DNA of 64,000 bases from Myxococcota bacterium. GTDB lineage: Bacteria > Myxococcota_A > UBA9160 > UBA4427. The translations under genes and the position numbers were made by a program. The stretch lies in NCBI GenBank assembly GCA_046351135.1, contig JAXLZA010000002.1, forward strand, positions 127,427 to 191,426. The letters are read 5' to 3'. Shown here in pieces: positions 20,101-28,606 of this stretch. A model generated the notes under the pieces. That model had not been told where the DNA came from, did no database searches, and was given only the letters and a program-made list of their open reading frames with translations. Position 1 is the stretch's first letter. Every line of letters starts with the position of its first letter.

Positions 20101-20273
20101 GCCAGCAGTCGTGCCCGTCGGACGCGATCAGCTTCGGCAACGTCCGCGACAAGGCGAGCGCCCCGGTCCAGCGCGCGCAGGCGAGCAAGACCCGCGCCTA
20201 TGCCGCGCTCCAGATCCTGAATACCCGATCCGCCGTGACCTACCTCGCGAAGGTCCGGCGCGAAGAGAGCTGA
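17199..20273 (+). CDS. actB: Alternative Complex III subunit ActB (fused molybdopterin-oxidoreductase-like B1 and 4Fe-4S ferredoxin-like B2 domains)
   Basis: Twin-arginine signal 'MSELDRREFLKIVGLSAGAAAAAGC'. MopB-type CX2CX3CX27C motif at 17358-17465. C-terminal FeS motifs 'CTGCSACIAAC', 'CQHCGAAPCEAVCP', 'CVGTRYCANNC' and 'CSFC'. Confidence 0.9.
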   Translation: MSELDRREFLKIVGLSAGAAAAAGCSDPAEKLIPYVIQPETITPGISVDYASTCLECSSGCGLHVKTREGRPIKLEGNPEHPINRGRLCARGQASLGRTYHPDRIQGPATRSSDGALQPISWDDAKGKLAAKLGSDAGKTWILGGPVGPSLDALLDQLVAATGIAGRLTYEPFGDHALLDASQQLFGAYAAPIFDLTGADLVLDFGSDFLDTGRSPVEHARQLSEGRDVAKQANGGARVIAIGPRQNLTASNADLWVAVRPGSEGVLALALAQAVANAKGNAVVAAAAAGASKNAAIEAAGLDAALFDKLVGKLSSASRAVAFPPSVAAATTAGRSDAAAVLLLNAAVGAIGTAVRYPAADAKKTASLADVKALVEKMNAGQVDCLLIHDLNPVYSLPASLGFKDALGKVGLVVAFAPLADETTEKAGLLLPDHTPAESWGDASPRPGIRSLVQPTVRPLFDTQAMADTLLDAARAAGGDAVATLPAGNWKSVLQANWSGTSWRQALARGGEFGETATRSVALVEGLGGVQASAPKLAGSGDFTLIAFPHSFYGDGRGAALPWMQEIPDPVTKLSWNSWAELSHTKAAELGVTFGDVVTVATESGSFDVSVFPRGGIPDDVVAIPIGQGHTVGHYASMAGDEQSQPGVARGVNLADVLPVATDEAGGQAFLSTKATVTKAGRFRRLALSQWTDNQRKRGLAPEVSLYDLAQAGGMAHFLAASPASASEHEGGEHAEGGEHGEGGGHAEGGHHFSGPPFEYDPGNDADPDQPYRWGMTIDNDKCTGCSACIAACYIENNVSIVGEQQAIKHREMTWLRIERYVGDGDDDASLDSERRPIPRGERLGENKVRHLPMLCQHCGAAPCEAVCPVIATYHNDEGINGMVYNRCVGTRYCANNCTYKVRRFNYFDYGRKNWPGLLGLMLNPDVTVRGQGVMEKCSFCVQRIEAARQPVKDKGLPIPDGAVKTACQQSCPSDAISFGNVRDKASAPVQRAQASKTRAYAALQILNTRSAVTYLAKVRREES
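19380..19454 (+). repeat. His/Glu/Gly-rich low-complexity linker inside ActB
   Basis: Encodes 'EHEGGEHAEGGEHGEGGGHAEGGHH' between the B1 and B2 modules. The DNA is an imperfect GAGCAC/GGCGGC-type reiteration. Confidence 0.8.
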
Positions 20274-20286
20274 GGGAGTCCACTGA

Positions 20287-21690
20287 ATGGCACCGCCTCC
20301 CGCGACCGCTGTCGCTGACGCGATGAACCCGCCGGCCCGCCCCCGGGATTCGCAGGCCAACATCGACATCATGGCCGTCACCAAGGGCTTCCACTGGCCC
20401 TGGCTGATCGCCCTGGTGTTCGCATTGACCGGCGTCGGCGTGGCTGCGTTGACGCTCGCCTGGCAGACCTACGAAGGCCTCGGCGTCGCCGGCTACCAGG
20501 CCCCGGTCTTCTGGGGCGTCTACATCATCACGTTCGTCTTCTGGATCGGCATCGGCCACGCCGGCACGCTCATCTCCGCCATCCTCTTCCTGTTCCGGGC
20601 GAAGTGGCGCAACGCCATCAACCGCGGCGCCGAGACGATGACGGTCTTCGCGGTGCTCACGGCGGCGCTCTTCCCGCTGATCCACATCGGCCGCCTCTGG
20701 AAGTTCTACTTCCTGCTCCCGTACCCGAACCAGCGCTACCTCTGGGTCAACTTCAAGAGCCCGCTGCTCTGGGACGTCTTCGCGGTCAACACCTACCTGA
20801 CGATCTCGCTGCTCTTCTTCCTCGTCGGCCTGATCCCCGACATCGCGATCGCCCGCGACCGCGCCGTCGGCTGGAAGAAGGTCGTCTACACGATCCTCGC
20901 CGCCGGCTGGCAGGGCACGGGGCAGCAGTGGAAGGCGCATAGCCGGGCGGTGCTCCACCTCTCGGGCCTCGCGACGCCCCTGGTCCTCTCGGTCCACTCC
21001 ATCGTCTCCTGGGACTTCGCGATGTCGATCGTGCCGGGCTGGCACGCGACGATCTTCGCCCCCTACTTCGTGGCCGGCGCCATCTTCGGCGGCTTCGCGA
21101 TGGTGGTCGTGGTGATGGTCCCGGTCCGCCGGATCTTCCGCCTCGAGCCCTACATCACCGACTACCACTTCGAGAACATGTCGAGGTTCATCCTCTTCAC
21201 GTCCCTGATCTGCGGCTACGCCTACGGGGCCGAGTACTTCATCGCCTGGTACTCGGGGGTCGAGTTCGAGCAGACCTCCTTCTGGCAGCGCGCATTCGGT
21301 CCCTACTGGTTCTCGACCTGGTGCATGATCATCTTCAACGTGGTCATGCCGCAGGCCCTCTGGATCAAGAAGCTGCGCACGAACATCCCGTTCCTCTTCG
21401 TGCTCTGCTTCTTCATCAATCTGGGCATGTGGTTCGAGCGGTACGTCATCATCATCACCTCGCTCTCCCGCGAGTACGTGCCGGCCGCCTGGGGTCTCTA
21501 CATCCCGAGCCTCGTCGAGATGATCGTGCTCACCGGCAGCTTCTGCTGGTTCAGCATGTTCTTCCTGCTCTACCTCAAGATGTTCCCGATCATCGCCATC
21601 TCGGAGGTCAAGGAGCTCGACATCCACGCGCGTGACCACGCCCGCCACGGCGTCGGCCACGCCGCTCATGCCTCCGGAGGTGCCCACTGA
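20287..21690 (+). CDS. actC: Alternative Complex III membrane subunit ActC (NrfD/PsrC-like)
   Basis: 467-aa polytopic membrane protein ('FWGVYIITFVFWIGIGHAGTLISAILF'). Position and size fit ActC. Confidence 0.85.
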   Translation: MAPPPATAVADAMNPPARPRDSQANIDIMAVTKGFHWPWLIALVFALTGVGVAALTLAWQTYEGLGVAGYQAPVFWGVYIITFVFWIGIGHAGTLISAILFLFRAKWRNAINRGAETMTVFAVLTAALFPLIHIGRLWKFYFLLPYPNQRYLWVNFKSPLLWDVFAVNTYLTISLLFFLVGLIPDIAIARDRAVGWKKVVYTILAAGWQGTGQQWKAHSRAVLHLSGLATPLVLSVHSIVSWDFAMSIVPGWHATIFAPYFVAGAIFGGFAMVVVVMVPVRRIFRLEPYITDYHFENMSRFILFTSLICGYAYGAEYFIAWYSGVEFEQTSFWQRAFGPYWFSTWCMIIFNVVMPQALWIKKLRTNIPFLFVLCFFINLGMWFERYVIIITSLSREYVPAAWGLYIPSLVEMIVLTGSFCWFSMFFLLYLKMFPIIAISEVKELDIHARDHARHGVGHAAHASGGAH

Positions 21691-22196
21691 TGGCCGAGCT
21701 CGTCAGTGTCTACGAGTATCCGTCCGACGTCGCGACGGTCGTGCGCAAGCTGAAGGCCCGCGGCTTCACCGATCTGACGACCTATTCTCCGGCGCCGTTC
21801 GAGGAGATCGAGATGGCCGAGGATCCGCGGCCGTCGAAGGTCCGCGCGTTCCACCTGATCGGCTCGCTGGTCGGCGTGGTGACGGGCTTCGGCATCCAGA
21901 TCTGGATGTCGATGGACTGGCCGATCAAGATCGCGGGCAAGAACATCGCCGCGATCCCGCCCATGTGGATCATCGGCTTCGAGCTCCAGACCCTCTTCGG
22001 CGGCATCCTGGTCGTCGCCGGTCTGGCGATCCTCGCCGGCCTCTATCCCCGCGCCCTCGACCGCCACTACAGCCCGCGCTTCTCCGCCGAGGAGTTCGGG
22101 GTCGTGGTGCGCTGCGAGGATCGCGACGCCGCCGAGGTCGAGAGCCTGATGCGCGGACACAACGCGAAGGAGGTCAAGCGTGCCGAGGTTCACTGA
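21690..22196 (+). CDS. actD: Alternative Complex III subunit ActD
   Basis: 168 aa, 'MAELVSVYEYPSDVATVVRKLKARGF' followed by two TM helices. ATGA overlap with the actC stop. Confidence 0.75.
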   Translation: MAELVSVYEYPSDVATVVRKLKARGFTDLTTYSPAPFEEIEMAEDPRPSKVRAFHLIGSLVGVVTGFGIQIWMSMDWPIKIAGKNIAAIPPMWIIGFELQTLFGGILVVAGLAILAGLYPRALDRHYSPRFSAEEFGVVVRCEDRDAAEVESLMRGHNAKEVKRAEVH

Positions 22197-22839
22197 CAGC
22201 CGCTCGCTCCTGGCGGCGACGCTGCTCGCGGTGTCGACGCTGCCGGGCTGCTGGGAGCAGGTCTCGGTCGAGTGGTTCCCGCAGATGAAGCGGCAGCTCG
22301 CGGTGCAGGCCTTCGAGACCCTCGAGTCGGTCCCGGGCATGACGCGGGTCGAGGCCTTCACGCCGCCCGAGGGCACGGTCGCGGTCGGCTGGGCCGACGT
22401 CGCCGAGCCCGCGGACCTGCCGGTCGACGCCCAGGAGGCGCTCGTCAATCCGCGCAAGCCGACGCTCGAGTCCCTCGCCAACGGCAAGAAGATCTTCGAC
22501 GTGACCTGCAAGACCTGCCACGGGGCGACCGGTGGCGGCGACGGCACGATCGCGGCGCCGAACGGTCCGATCGCCGGTGTGCTCCCGATCGGTCCCGGTC
22601 CGATGGGCTTCAGCCTGGCGACCGGTCTCACCGACGGCCACATCTACACGACGATCTCCCTCGGTCGCGGCCGCATGCCGAGCTACCGCCGGATCGCGCC
22701 GTCGGATCGCTGGGACGTCGTCAACTACATCCGTGAGCTGAACGGTCAGCTGGCCCAGCAGACCGCCAGCGCCGCGCCGGCCGCGGCCGCTCCCGCGCCC
22801 GCCGCCGATTCCGCCGCCACAGGAGGTGCAGCCCAGTGA
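22180..22839 (+). CDS. actE: Alternative Complex III monoheme cytochrome c lipoprotein ActE
   Basis: GTG at 22180 preceded by GAAGGAGG (6-nt spacer). Lipobox 'STLPGC'. Single 'CKTCH' site, with 'GRGRMPSY' providing a possible Met ligand. Overlaps actD by 17 nt. Confidence 0.8.
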   Translation: MPRFTDSRSLLAATLLAVSTLPGCWEQVSVEWFPQMKRQLAVQAFETLESVPGMTRVEAFTPPEGTVAVGWADVAEPADLPVDAQEALVNPRKPTLESLANGKKIFDVTCKTCHGATGGGDGTIAAPNGPIAGVLPIGPGPMGFSLATGLTDGHIYTTISLGRGRMPSYRRIAPSDRWDVVNYIRELNGQLAQQTASAAPAAAAPAPAADSAATGGAAQ

Positions 22840-24155
22840 GCTCCCGAGCCACCGCAGGCGAGCGCGCGAATCCCGGCGCGCTGCCCCAGCCGCTCTTCAA
22901 CATCTGCCTCGTGCTCGTCGCGATCGGCGTCGCCGCGTTCGTCGGCGGCCTCGCGAAGAACCCGCAGACGACCTGGCTGGCGTACCACACGAACTTCATC
23001 TTCTTCACCTACCTCGCCTGCGGCGGCATGGCGCTGGCGGCGGCCTACTCGATCGTCGGGGCGACCTGGCCGGGCCCGTACCGGCGCTTCGCCGAGTCCT
23101 TCGCCGCGTTCCTCCCGGTTGCGTTCCTGCTGGGCCTCGTCGGCTACTTCGGGGGCAACGAGATCTTCGACTGGCAGAAGAACGGGGCCATGGCGGGCAA
23201 GGAGGCGTGGCTCAACAAGCAGCGCTTCTACGTCATGGACTACGCGCTGCTGGGGACGATGGCGCTGCTGTCGGTGCTCTACATCAAGGCCTCGGTCCGA
23301 CCGACCCTGCGCAACCTGGCCGAGCACGGGCAGGGGATCGCCAAGTCCCTCGCCGCGAGCTGGACGGCGGGCTGGCGGGGCGACGAGGAGGAGCGCCTCG
23401 CGGCGAAGAACCGGACGAACTTCCTCGCACCGCTCGTCGCGCTGACCTACGGCATCGGCTTCGCCTTCTTCAGCTTCGACCAGGTCATGAGCATGGAGCA
23501 GAGCTGGTTCTCGAACCTCTTCGGGAACTTCGTGTGCTGGGGCGGCATTCTCTCGGCCGTCGCCGCCTGCGCCATCTCGGGCCTCGCGAGCCGCGAGATC
23601 CCGGGCTTCCAGGGCGAGATCACCGAGAACCGCCAGCACGACATCGGCAAGATGATGTTCGCGTTCTCGATCTTCTGGATGTACCTCTTCTGGTCCCAGT
23701 ACCTCGTGATCTACTACGGCAACCTCCCGGAGGAGACCTTCTTCCTCCGCGACCGGCTCGGCGACCAGTTCCTGATCGACAAGGCCTACTCGGCCGAGGC
23801 GTTCGCGAAGAGCTGGTCGAACTGGGACTTCGAATGGGCGCGCCTGCAGACCGGCTACGGCTGGGTCTCGATGGCGGTCTGGGCCTGCAACTGGCTGATC
23901 CCGTTCTGGGTCCTCCTCGGCCGACAGCCGAAGAAGACGCCGTGGATCGCGGGTCCCGTCGCGTGCTCGCTGCTCTTCGGCCTCTGGCTCGAGCGCAACG
24001 TCCTGGTCTGGCCCTCGGTCGTGAAGGGCGACATGCTGTCCTGGCTCGGTCCGATCCAGATCGGCATCGCCCTCGGCTTCGGCGGCCTCTTCCTCGCGGT
24101 CGTGCTCTTCTATTCGCGGGTCTTCCCGACGATCGCGGTGTCGTCGAAGGAGTAG
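22836..24155 (+). CDS. actF: Alternative Complex III membrane subunit ActF (second NrfD-like subunit)
   Basis: 439-aa polytopic membrane protein. GTGA overlap with the actE stop. AGGAGG lies 9 nt upstream. Confidence 0.85.
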   Translation: MSSRATAGERANPGALPQPLFNICLVLVAIGVAAFVGGLAKNPQTTWLAYHTNFIFFTYLACGGMALAAAYSIVGATWPGPYRRFAESFAAFLPVAFLLGLVGYFGGNEIFDWQKNGAMAGKEAWLNKQRFYVMDYALLGTMALLSVLYIKASVRPTLRNLAEHGQGIAKSLAASWTAGWRGDEEERLAAKNRTNFLAPLVALTYGIGFAFFSFDQVMSMEQSWFSNLFGNFVCWGGILSAVAACAISGLASREIPGFQGEITENRQHDIGKMMFAFSIFWMYLFWSQYLVIYYGNLPEETFFLRDRLGDQFLIDKAYSAEAFAKSWSNWDFEWARLQTGYGWVSMAVWACNWLIPFWVLLGRQPKKTPWIAGPVACSLLFGLWLERNVLVWPSVVKGDMLSWLGPIQIGIALGFGGLFLAVVLFYSRVFPTIAVSSKE

Positions 24156-24211
24156 TGGCCATCGGATCGACACGGCGTCTTCGGGCCCGGGCGTCGCGCT
24201 AAGCTGCGACC

Positions 24212-25705
24212 ATGCGCACGGACCTCGAAGACGCCGTCGATCCGGCCGACGCTCGGCGCATCCGCCTCGCGAACGGCGGGGCGATCGTCTTCGAGGACGA
24301 GGGCTTCCGCCTGATCCGCTCGCGCGGACTCCGCCGGTCGCCCGTCCATCCCTACGCCTCCCTGACCCACGTCTGCCTGGCCGCCCGCGCGCTCCTGATC
24401 GGGACGACGCGCGGGCTCTACGTCGTCCGCAGCCGCGACTTCGTCGAGGCCGACCAGGGCCCCGCAGAGGCTCGTGAGCGCCTGATCGCCCGCGCCGCGG
24501 CCGGACCCGACGGGGCCGCCCAGCTGCGCGCCATGGCCCGCGTCGAGGCCCTCTCGATCCGTCCGAGCCGGCTCTGGTCGATCTGGGTGACGACCGCGCT
24601 CTGCCTGCTCGGCACGGCGCTCCAGCTGCGCGATCCGCTCCTCGACCAGATCGGCTCCTTCGTCCCCGAGCTCTTCGCCCGCGGCGAGCTCTGGCGCGGG
24701 ATCACCGCCCACTTCCTCCACGCGCTCCCCGCCGAGCCCGGCCGCCTCGAGTCCTGGATCCCGGGGCTGCGCGGACTCCCCATCCACCTCGCGATCAACG
24801 TGGGGGGCCTCTTCGTGCTCGGCCCCCTCGTCGAGCGGCCGATGGGGCGCCACCGGACCATCCTCGTGCTGCTGCTCGGGGGTGTCGGGACCGTCGCGGG
24901 GATCGTCGCTGCGGGGCATCACGAGGTCATCGGGGCGTCGGGTCTCGTCGCCGCGCTCGCCGGGGCGATCCTCGCCCTCGAGCTCCACCACCCCGAGCGG
25001 GTCCCGGCCGAGTGGCGTCTTCCGCGCCGCCTCTTCGTCGTCGCGGTCCTGCTGCAGTTCGGCCTGATCGATCCGCTGATGCGGAGCTTCATCGCCGGGG
25101 GCGCGCATCTCGGGGGCTTCGCCGGGGGCTACCTGGCCGCCTGGTGGCTCGGGGTCGCCGAGGTCGAGGCCGAGACCGCCAGCGGTCGCCTGCGCTTCGC
25201 CGCCCATGCCGGGCTCGTCTCCGCCGCGGCGCTCTCTCTCGGCATCGTGCCCCTCGCGCGCCACGACCCCGCCGCCCTCGAGCGCCACGCGGCGCGCCTC
25301 CTCGACACGCCCGAAGCGCCCCATCTCTTTCTCCATGAGAACGCCGCCGCCTGGCTCCTCGCGACCGAGGGCCACGCCTCGCCGGAGGGGATCGAGATGG
25401 CGATCCAGCTGGCGGATCGCGCGGTGCAGACGACCGACCGCATGCTGCCCGGCATCCTCGACACCCTCGCCGAGGCGCTCTTCCAGAGCGGCGACCGCTT
25501 CGGCGCCCTGGTGACGATCGAAGAGGCGATCCACCTCGCGCCCGAGGAGCGCTATTTCGTCGAGCAGCGCCGCCGCTTCACAGGCGAGCGCGATGCCAAC
25601 GACCGCCCGCCCGAGCCCGGGACCGGGGGGGCCACCGAGGCACCCTTCGAGTGGGGAGACGAGCCCCCCGTCTTCGATCCCGACGCGCCGCAGATCACGC
25701 TCTGA
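24212..25705 (+). CDS. rhomboid family intramembrane serine protease with N-terminal cytoplasmic domain and C-terminal helical-repeat (TPR-like) domain
   Basis: Motifs 'WRGITAHFLH', the catalytic-Ser motif 'GASGLV' and the catalytic-His region 'GGAHLGGFAGGY'. Begins 56 nt after actF. Confidence 0.8.
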   Translation: MRTDLEDAVDPADARRIRLANGGAIVFEDEGFRLIRSRGLRRSPVHPYASLTHVCLAARALLIGTTRGLYVVRSRDFVEADQGPAEARERLIARAAAGPDGAAQLRAMARVEALSIRPSRLWSIWVTTALCLLGTALQLRDPLLDQIGSFVPELFARGELWRGITAHFLHALPAEPGRLESWIPGLRGLPIHLAINVGGLFVLGPLVERPMGRHRTILVLLLGGVGTVAGIVAAGHHEVIGASGLVAALAGAILALELHHPERVPAEWRLPRRLFVVAVLLQFGLIDPLMRSFIAGGAHLGGFAGGYLAAWWLGVAEVEAETASGRLRFAAHAGLVSAAALSLGIVPLARHDPAALERHAARLLDTPEAPHLFLHENAAAWLLATEGHASPEGIEMAIQLADRAVQTTDRMLPGILDTLAEALFQSGDRFGALVTIEEAIHLAPEERYFVEQRRRFTGERDANDRPPEPGTGGATEAPFEWGDEPPVFDPDAPQITL

Positions 25706-25757
25706 AGACCCCGCACCGCGCCGGGCCCCGCCCGCCGTCCGCGACGAGGAGGCGACG

Positions 25758-27581
25758 ATGTCCGATTCCTGGGAGCGGCTCGGCGACGAGCAGGCGATCC
25801 GCGACGTGCTCGCCCGCTACTGGCGCGGCATCGATCGCCGCGACCCCGGCCTCGTCCTCGGCACCTATCATCCCGGCGCCTTTGACGACCACGGCTACTA
25901 CCAGGGCCCCGTCGAGGGCTTCGTCGAGACCCTCGCCCCCGGCGTGTGGAAGCACTTCGCGAACACCCAGCACTTCGCGGGCAACATCCAGATCGACTTC
26001 GTCTCCGCCGATCGCGCGCGGGCGGAGTCGTACGCGGTGGCCCATCACACCCGGCTCGACGGAAACGGCGAAGGCGGCGGCCCGGGCGCGGCCGGCACCG
26101 CCGCGCGCTCCGTCGCGTCGCGCCCGGCGTCCCGTGCGAGCACGTCCGGCGAATCCGCCCCGACCGCCCCGACCGCCCCGAACGGCCAGGACCTCGTCTG
26201 GGGCCTGCGCTACGTCGACGACTTCGAGCGGCGCGACGGCGAGTGGCGGATCGCGCGGCGGGTCTGTGCCTGGGACTGGCACCGCGTCGACCCGGTCGGC
26301 GGCATCCCGCTCCCCGCGAGCTATTTCCGCGGCGCCCACTCGCAGGCCGATCCCGTCTACGCCCACCCGCGTCCCCACGGCCGCCGCGTCGAGCCGCGCG
26401 AGCTCGTGGCGAAGCAGGCCTGTCTCGAAGCGCTCTTCCGCTACACCCGGGGCGTCGATCGCTGCGACCTCGCGCTCGTGCGCAGCGCCTACCATCCCGA
26501 CGCCTTCGACGACCATGGCGGCTACCAGGGCGACGTCGAGGGCTTCCTCGCGTGGGTGCGGCCGACGGTGATGGAGACGTTCTCGTGCACGATGCACAAG
26601 CTCGGCAACGTCCTCGTCGCGGTCGACGGGAATCAGGCCTTCGCCGAGACCTACGCCGTCGCCCACCACGTCGCGGCGCGCGGCGAGGGCGCCAGCGATC
26701 TCGTGATGGGCGTGCGCTACCTCGACCGCCTCGAGGATCGCGGCGACGGCTGGAAGATCGCCCACCGCCAGATGAGCTTCGAATGGGAGCGCACGCTCGA
26801 GATCGGCTCCCAGCGCGAGTATCCGGGCTTCCTGCGCGGGCAGCGCGACGGCAGCGATCCCGTCGTCGCGCCGTTCGGCCGCGCGGCCGGCGCGTCCTCT
26901 GGCGTGGCTTCTCGCGATGCGGCGGCTCGTGACGCGGCAGCCCGCGACGGGGCGGATCGCGCCCCGAGCCCGCGCGGCGGACCGAAGCAGATCGCCGTTC
27001 CTGCCGAGTACGCGGCGGTCGCCGATCGCGCCGCCATCCATCGCCAGCTCGTCCGCTACTGCCGCGGCGTCGACCGCCGCGACCTCGAGCTCGTCCGCTC
27101 GACCTATCACCCCGACGCCTTCGACGACCACGGTAGCTACAAGGGCGACGTCGAGGGCTTCCTCGCCTTCGTGCGCGACGCGGTCCATGCGCGTTTCCGC
27201 ACGACGATGCACAAGCTCGGCCAGTCGCTCATCGAGATCGACGGCGACGTGGCGAGGTCCGAGTCGTATGCGATCTGCCATCACGTGATGGCGGAGCCCG
27301 ATCCGGCGGCGGGGGGCGCCTCGGCGGTCGAGTCCGGCATGCCCGGAGGCAAGGGGGCTGCGATGGGATCGGAGGCCGGCTCGACCCGGACCCGGGACGT
27401 CGCCGACATGGTCATGGGGATCCGGTACGTCGATCGCTTCGAGCGGCGCGGCGGAGAGTGGCGGATCGCGCGGCGGGAGCTGCGCTGGGAGTGGGTCCGG
27501 ACGGATCGGCTCGAGGCGCTCGATCCGACGTGGACGGCGGGACGGGCGGATCGGGAGGATGCGGTATTCGAGGGGGGCTGA
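25758..27581 (+). CDS. protein composed of three tandem SnoaL_4-like (NTF2-fold) domains
   Basis: ATG 25758 is preceded by GAGGAGG. A thrice-repeated signature: 'RYWRGIDRRDPGLVLGTYHPGAFDDHGYYQGPVEGF', 'RYTRGVDRCDLALVRSAYHPDAFDDHGGYQGDVEGF' and 'RYCRGVDRRDLELVRSTYHPDAFDDHGSYKGDVEGF'. Each unit ends in a 'W(R/K)IA(R/H)R' strand. Confidence 0.8.
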   Translation: MSDSWERLGDEQAIRDVLARYWRGIDRRDPGLVLGTYHPGAFDDHGYYQGPVEGFVETLAPGVWKHFANTQHFAGNIQIDFVSADRARAESYAVAHHTRLDGNGEGGGPGAAGTAARSVASRPASRASTSGESAPTAPTAPNGQDLVWGLRYVDDFERRDGEWRIARRVCAWDWHRVDPVGGIPLPASYFRGAHSQADPVYAHPRPHGRRVEPRELVAKQACLEALFRYTRGVDRCDLALVRSAYHPDAFDDHGGYQGDVEGFLAWVRPTVMETFSCTMHKLGNVLVAVDGNQAFAETYAVAHHVAARGEGASDLVMGVRYLDRLEDRGDGWKIAHRQMSFEWERTLEIGSQREYPGFLRGQRDGSDPVVAPFGRAAGASSGVASRDAAARDAAARDGADRAPSPRGGPKQIAVPAEYAAVADRAAIHRQLVRYCRGVDRRDLELVRSTYHPDAFDDHGSYKGDVEGFLAFVRDAVHARFRTTMHKLGQSLIEIDGDVARSESYAICHHVMAEPDPAAGGASAVESGMPGGKGAAMGSEAGSTRTRDVADMVMGIRYVDRFERRGGEWRIARRELRWEWVRTDRLEALDPTWTAGRADREDAVFEGG

Positions 27582-27896
27582 GCCGGGCGGAGGGGATGAA
27601 CGCCGAGCCGCGGCCCGTTTCGAACCGCGCGCGCGAGCGGATGCTGGGATCGCGCCGGGGACGGGGCAGGCCCGTCGCCGCGCCCTCTGGCGGGAGCCCG
27701 GGGTGTCGATTCACCCGATGGCCTGCCTCCCCCTCACAAGGAGCAACGAATCGTGGCCGGGGCGTGCGAGGCGGGGCGGGAGTTTCTAGTCTCTCGCCCG
27801 CCGGATCCCGACCCGGCCCGCTGTCCGCGGCCGTCGACGGTCCTCGGAGCCGAGCCCGGATCCCGCCACGACTCGCCAAGAAAAGGATCTCCCGCC

Positions 27897-28463
27897 GTGA
27901 CCGTACTTCGCCTCTCCCGCGTCGCGCTCTTCGCCTGCCTGGCCGGCCTGGCCTTCGGATGTGGCAGCGAGGACGACTCGATCCCGAACCAGTCCGCCGA
28001 CGCCCAGGCGATCCGTCTCAAGGTCCAGGCCGAGATGGAGAAGGATCGCTTGAAGCGCCTCGCGCCCCGGATGGCGGGGGCGGTCGCTTCGGCGAAGGCG
28101 TCGCCGTCGGCCTACGTGGCTCCGGCCGCGCCCGAGGCGTCGTCCGGCGAGAAGCCCGCGGCCCGGCCGGCGGCGGAGCTCTACGCGGCGAACTGCGCGT
28201 CCTGCCATGGGCCGAAGGGCGCGGGCGACGGGCCGCTCAGCGCGGGCCTCGTGCCGGCGCCGGCCAAGCACGCGGATGGCGCCTACATGAACGCCCTCAC
28301 GAACGAGCACCTCTTCAAGGTCGTGAAGGAAGGCGGTGCGGCGGTCGGGAAGTCGGCGACGATGGCGCCGTGGGGGACCTCGATGTCCGACGAGGAGATC
28401 ACGGGTCTCGTCGCCTTCATGCGTGGCCTCGCGGATCCGCCGTACACCGGCCCGATGCCCTGA
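27897..28463 (+). CDS. class I c-type cytochrome lipoprotein
   Basis: A GTG at 27897 gives 'VTVLRLSRVALFACLAGLAFGCG' (lipobox). Heme site 'CASCHG', with a later 'ATMAPW' Met. The track ORF starts at 27753. Confidence 0.7.
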   Translation: MTVLRLSRVALFACLAGLAFGCGSEDDSIPNQSADAQAIRLKVQAEMEKDRLKRLAPRMAGAVASAKASPSAYVAPAAPEASSGEKPAARPAAELYAANCASCHGPKGAGDGPLSAGLVPAPAKHADGAYMNALTNEHLFKVVKEGGAAVGKSATMAPWGTSMSDEEITGLVAFMRGLADPPYTGPMP

Positions 28464-28606
28464 TCGTCGCTTGCTCGGGGCGTCGAGGCCCGGGGCCAAG
28501 TTCGGTCTGATCCCGGTAGGACGCTCCGCCTCGCGGCGAAGTCGTCTCGTCTCGGCGGAACCCGATCGGGACGGCGGATGTCCACCCGACCATCGGGGAG
28601 CGGGAC

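Noticed and set aside
26155-26185. Short tandem DNA repeats (CGACCGCCC x2 here, GGCCCCGGTCCCGGCCCCGACCCCGACCCC near 29385, heptamers at 51291) as possible CRISPR or minisatellite elements
   Set aside because: The units are far too short and few, with no spacers. The first two simply encode low-complexity Pro/Ala/Gly linkers inside genes. No CRISPR array, transposase, integrase or phage gene was seen.
27753-27896. Upstream GTG start (with AAGGAG 9 nt before it) for the lipoprotein cytochrome c
   Set aside because: It would put 48 hydrophilic, Pro/Arg-rich residues in front of an otherwise N-terminal lipoprotein signal peptide, so I preferred GTG 27897. The upstream start cannot be fully excluded.
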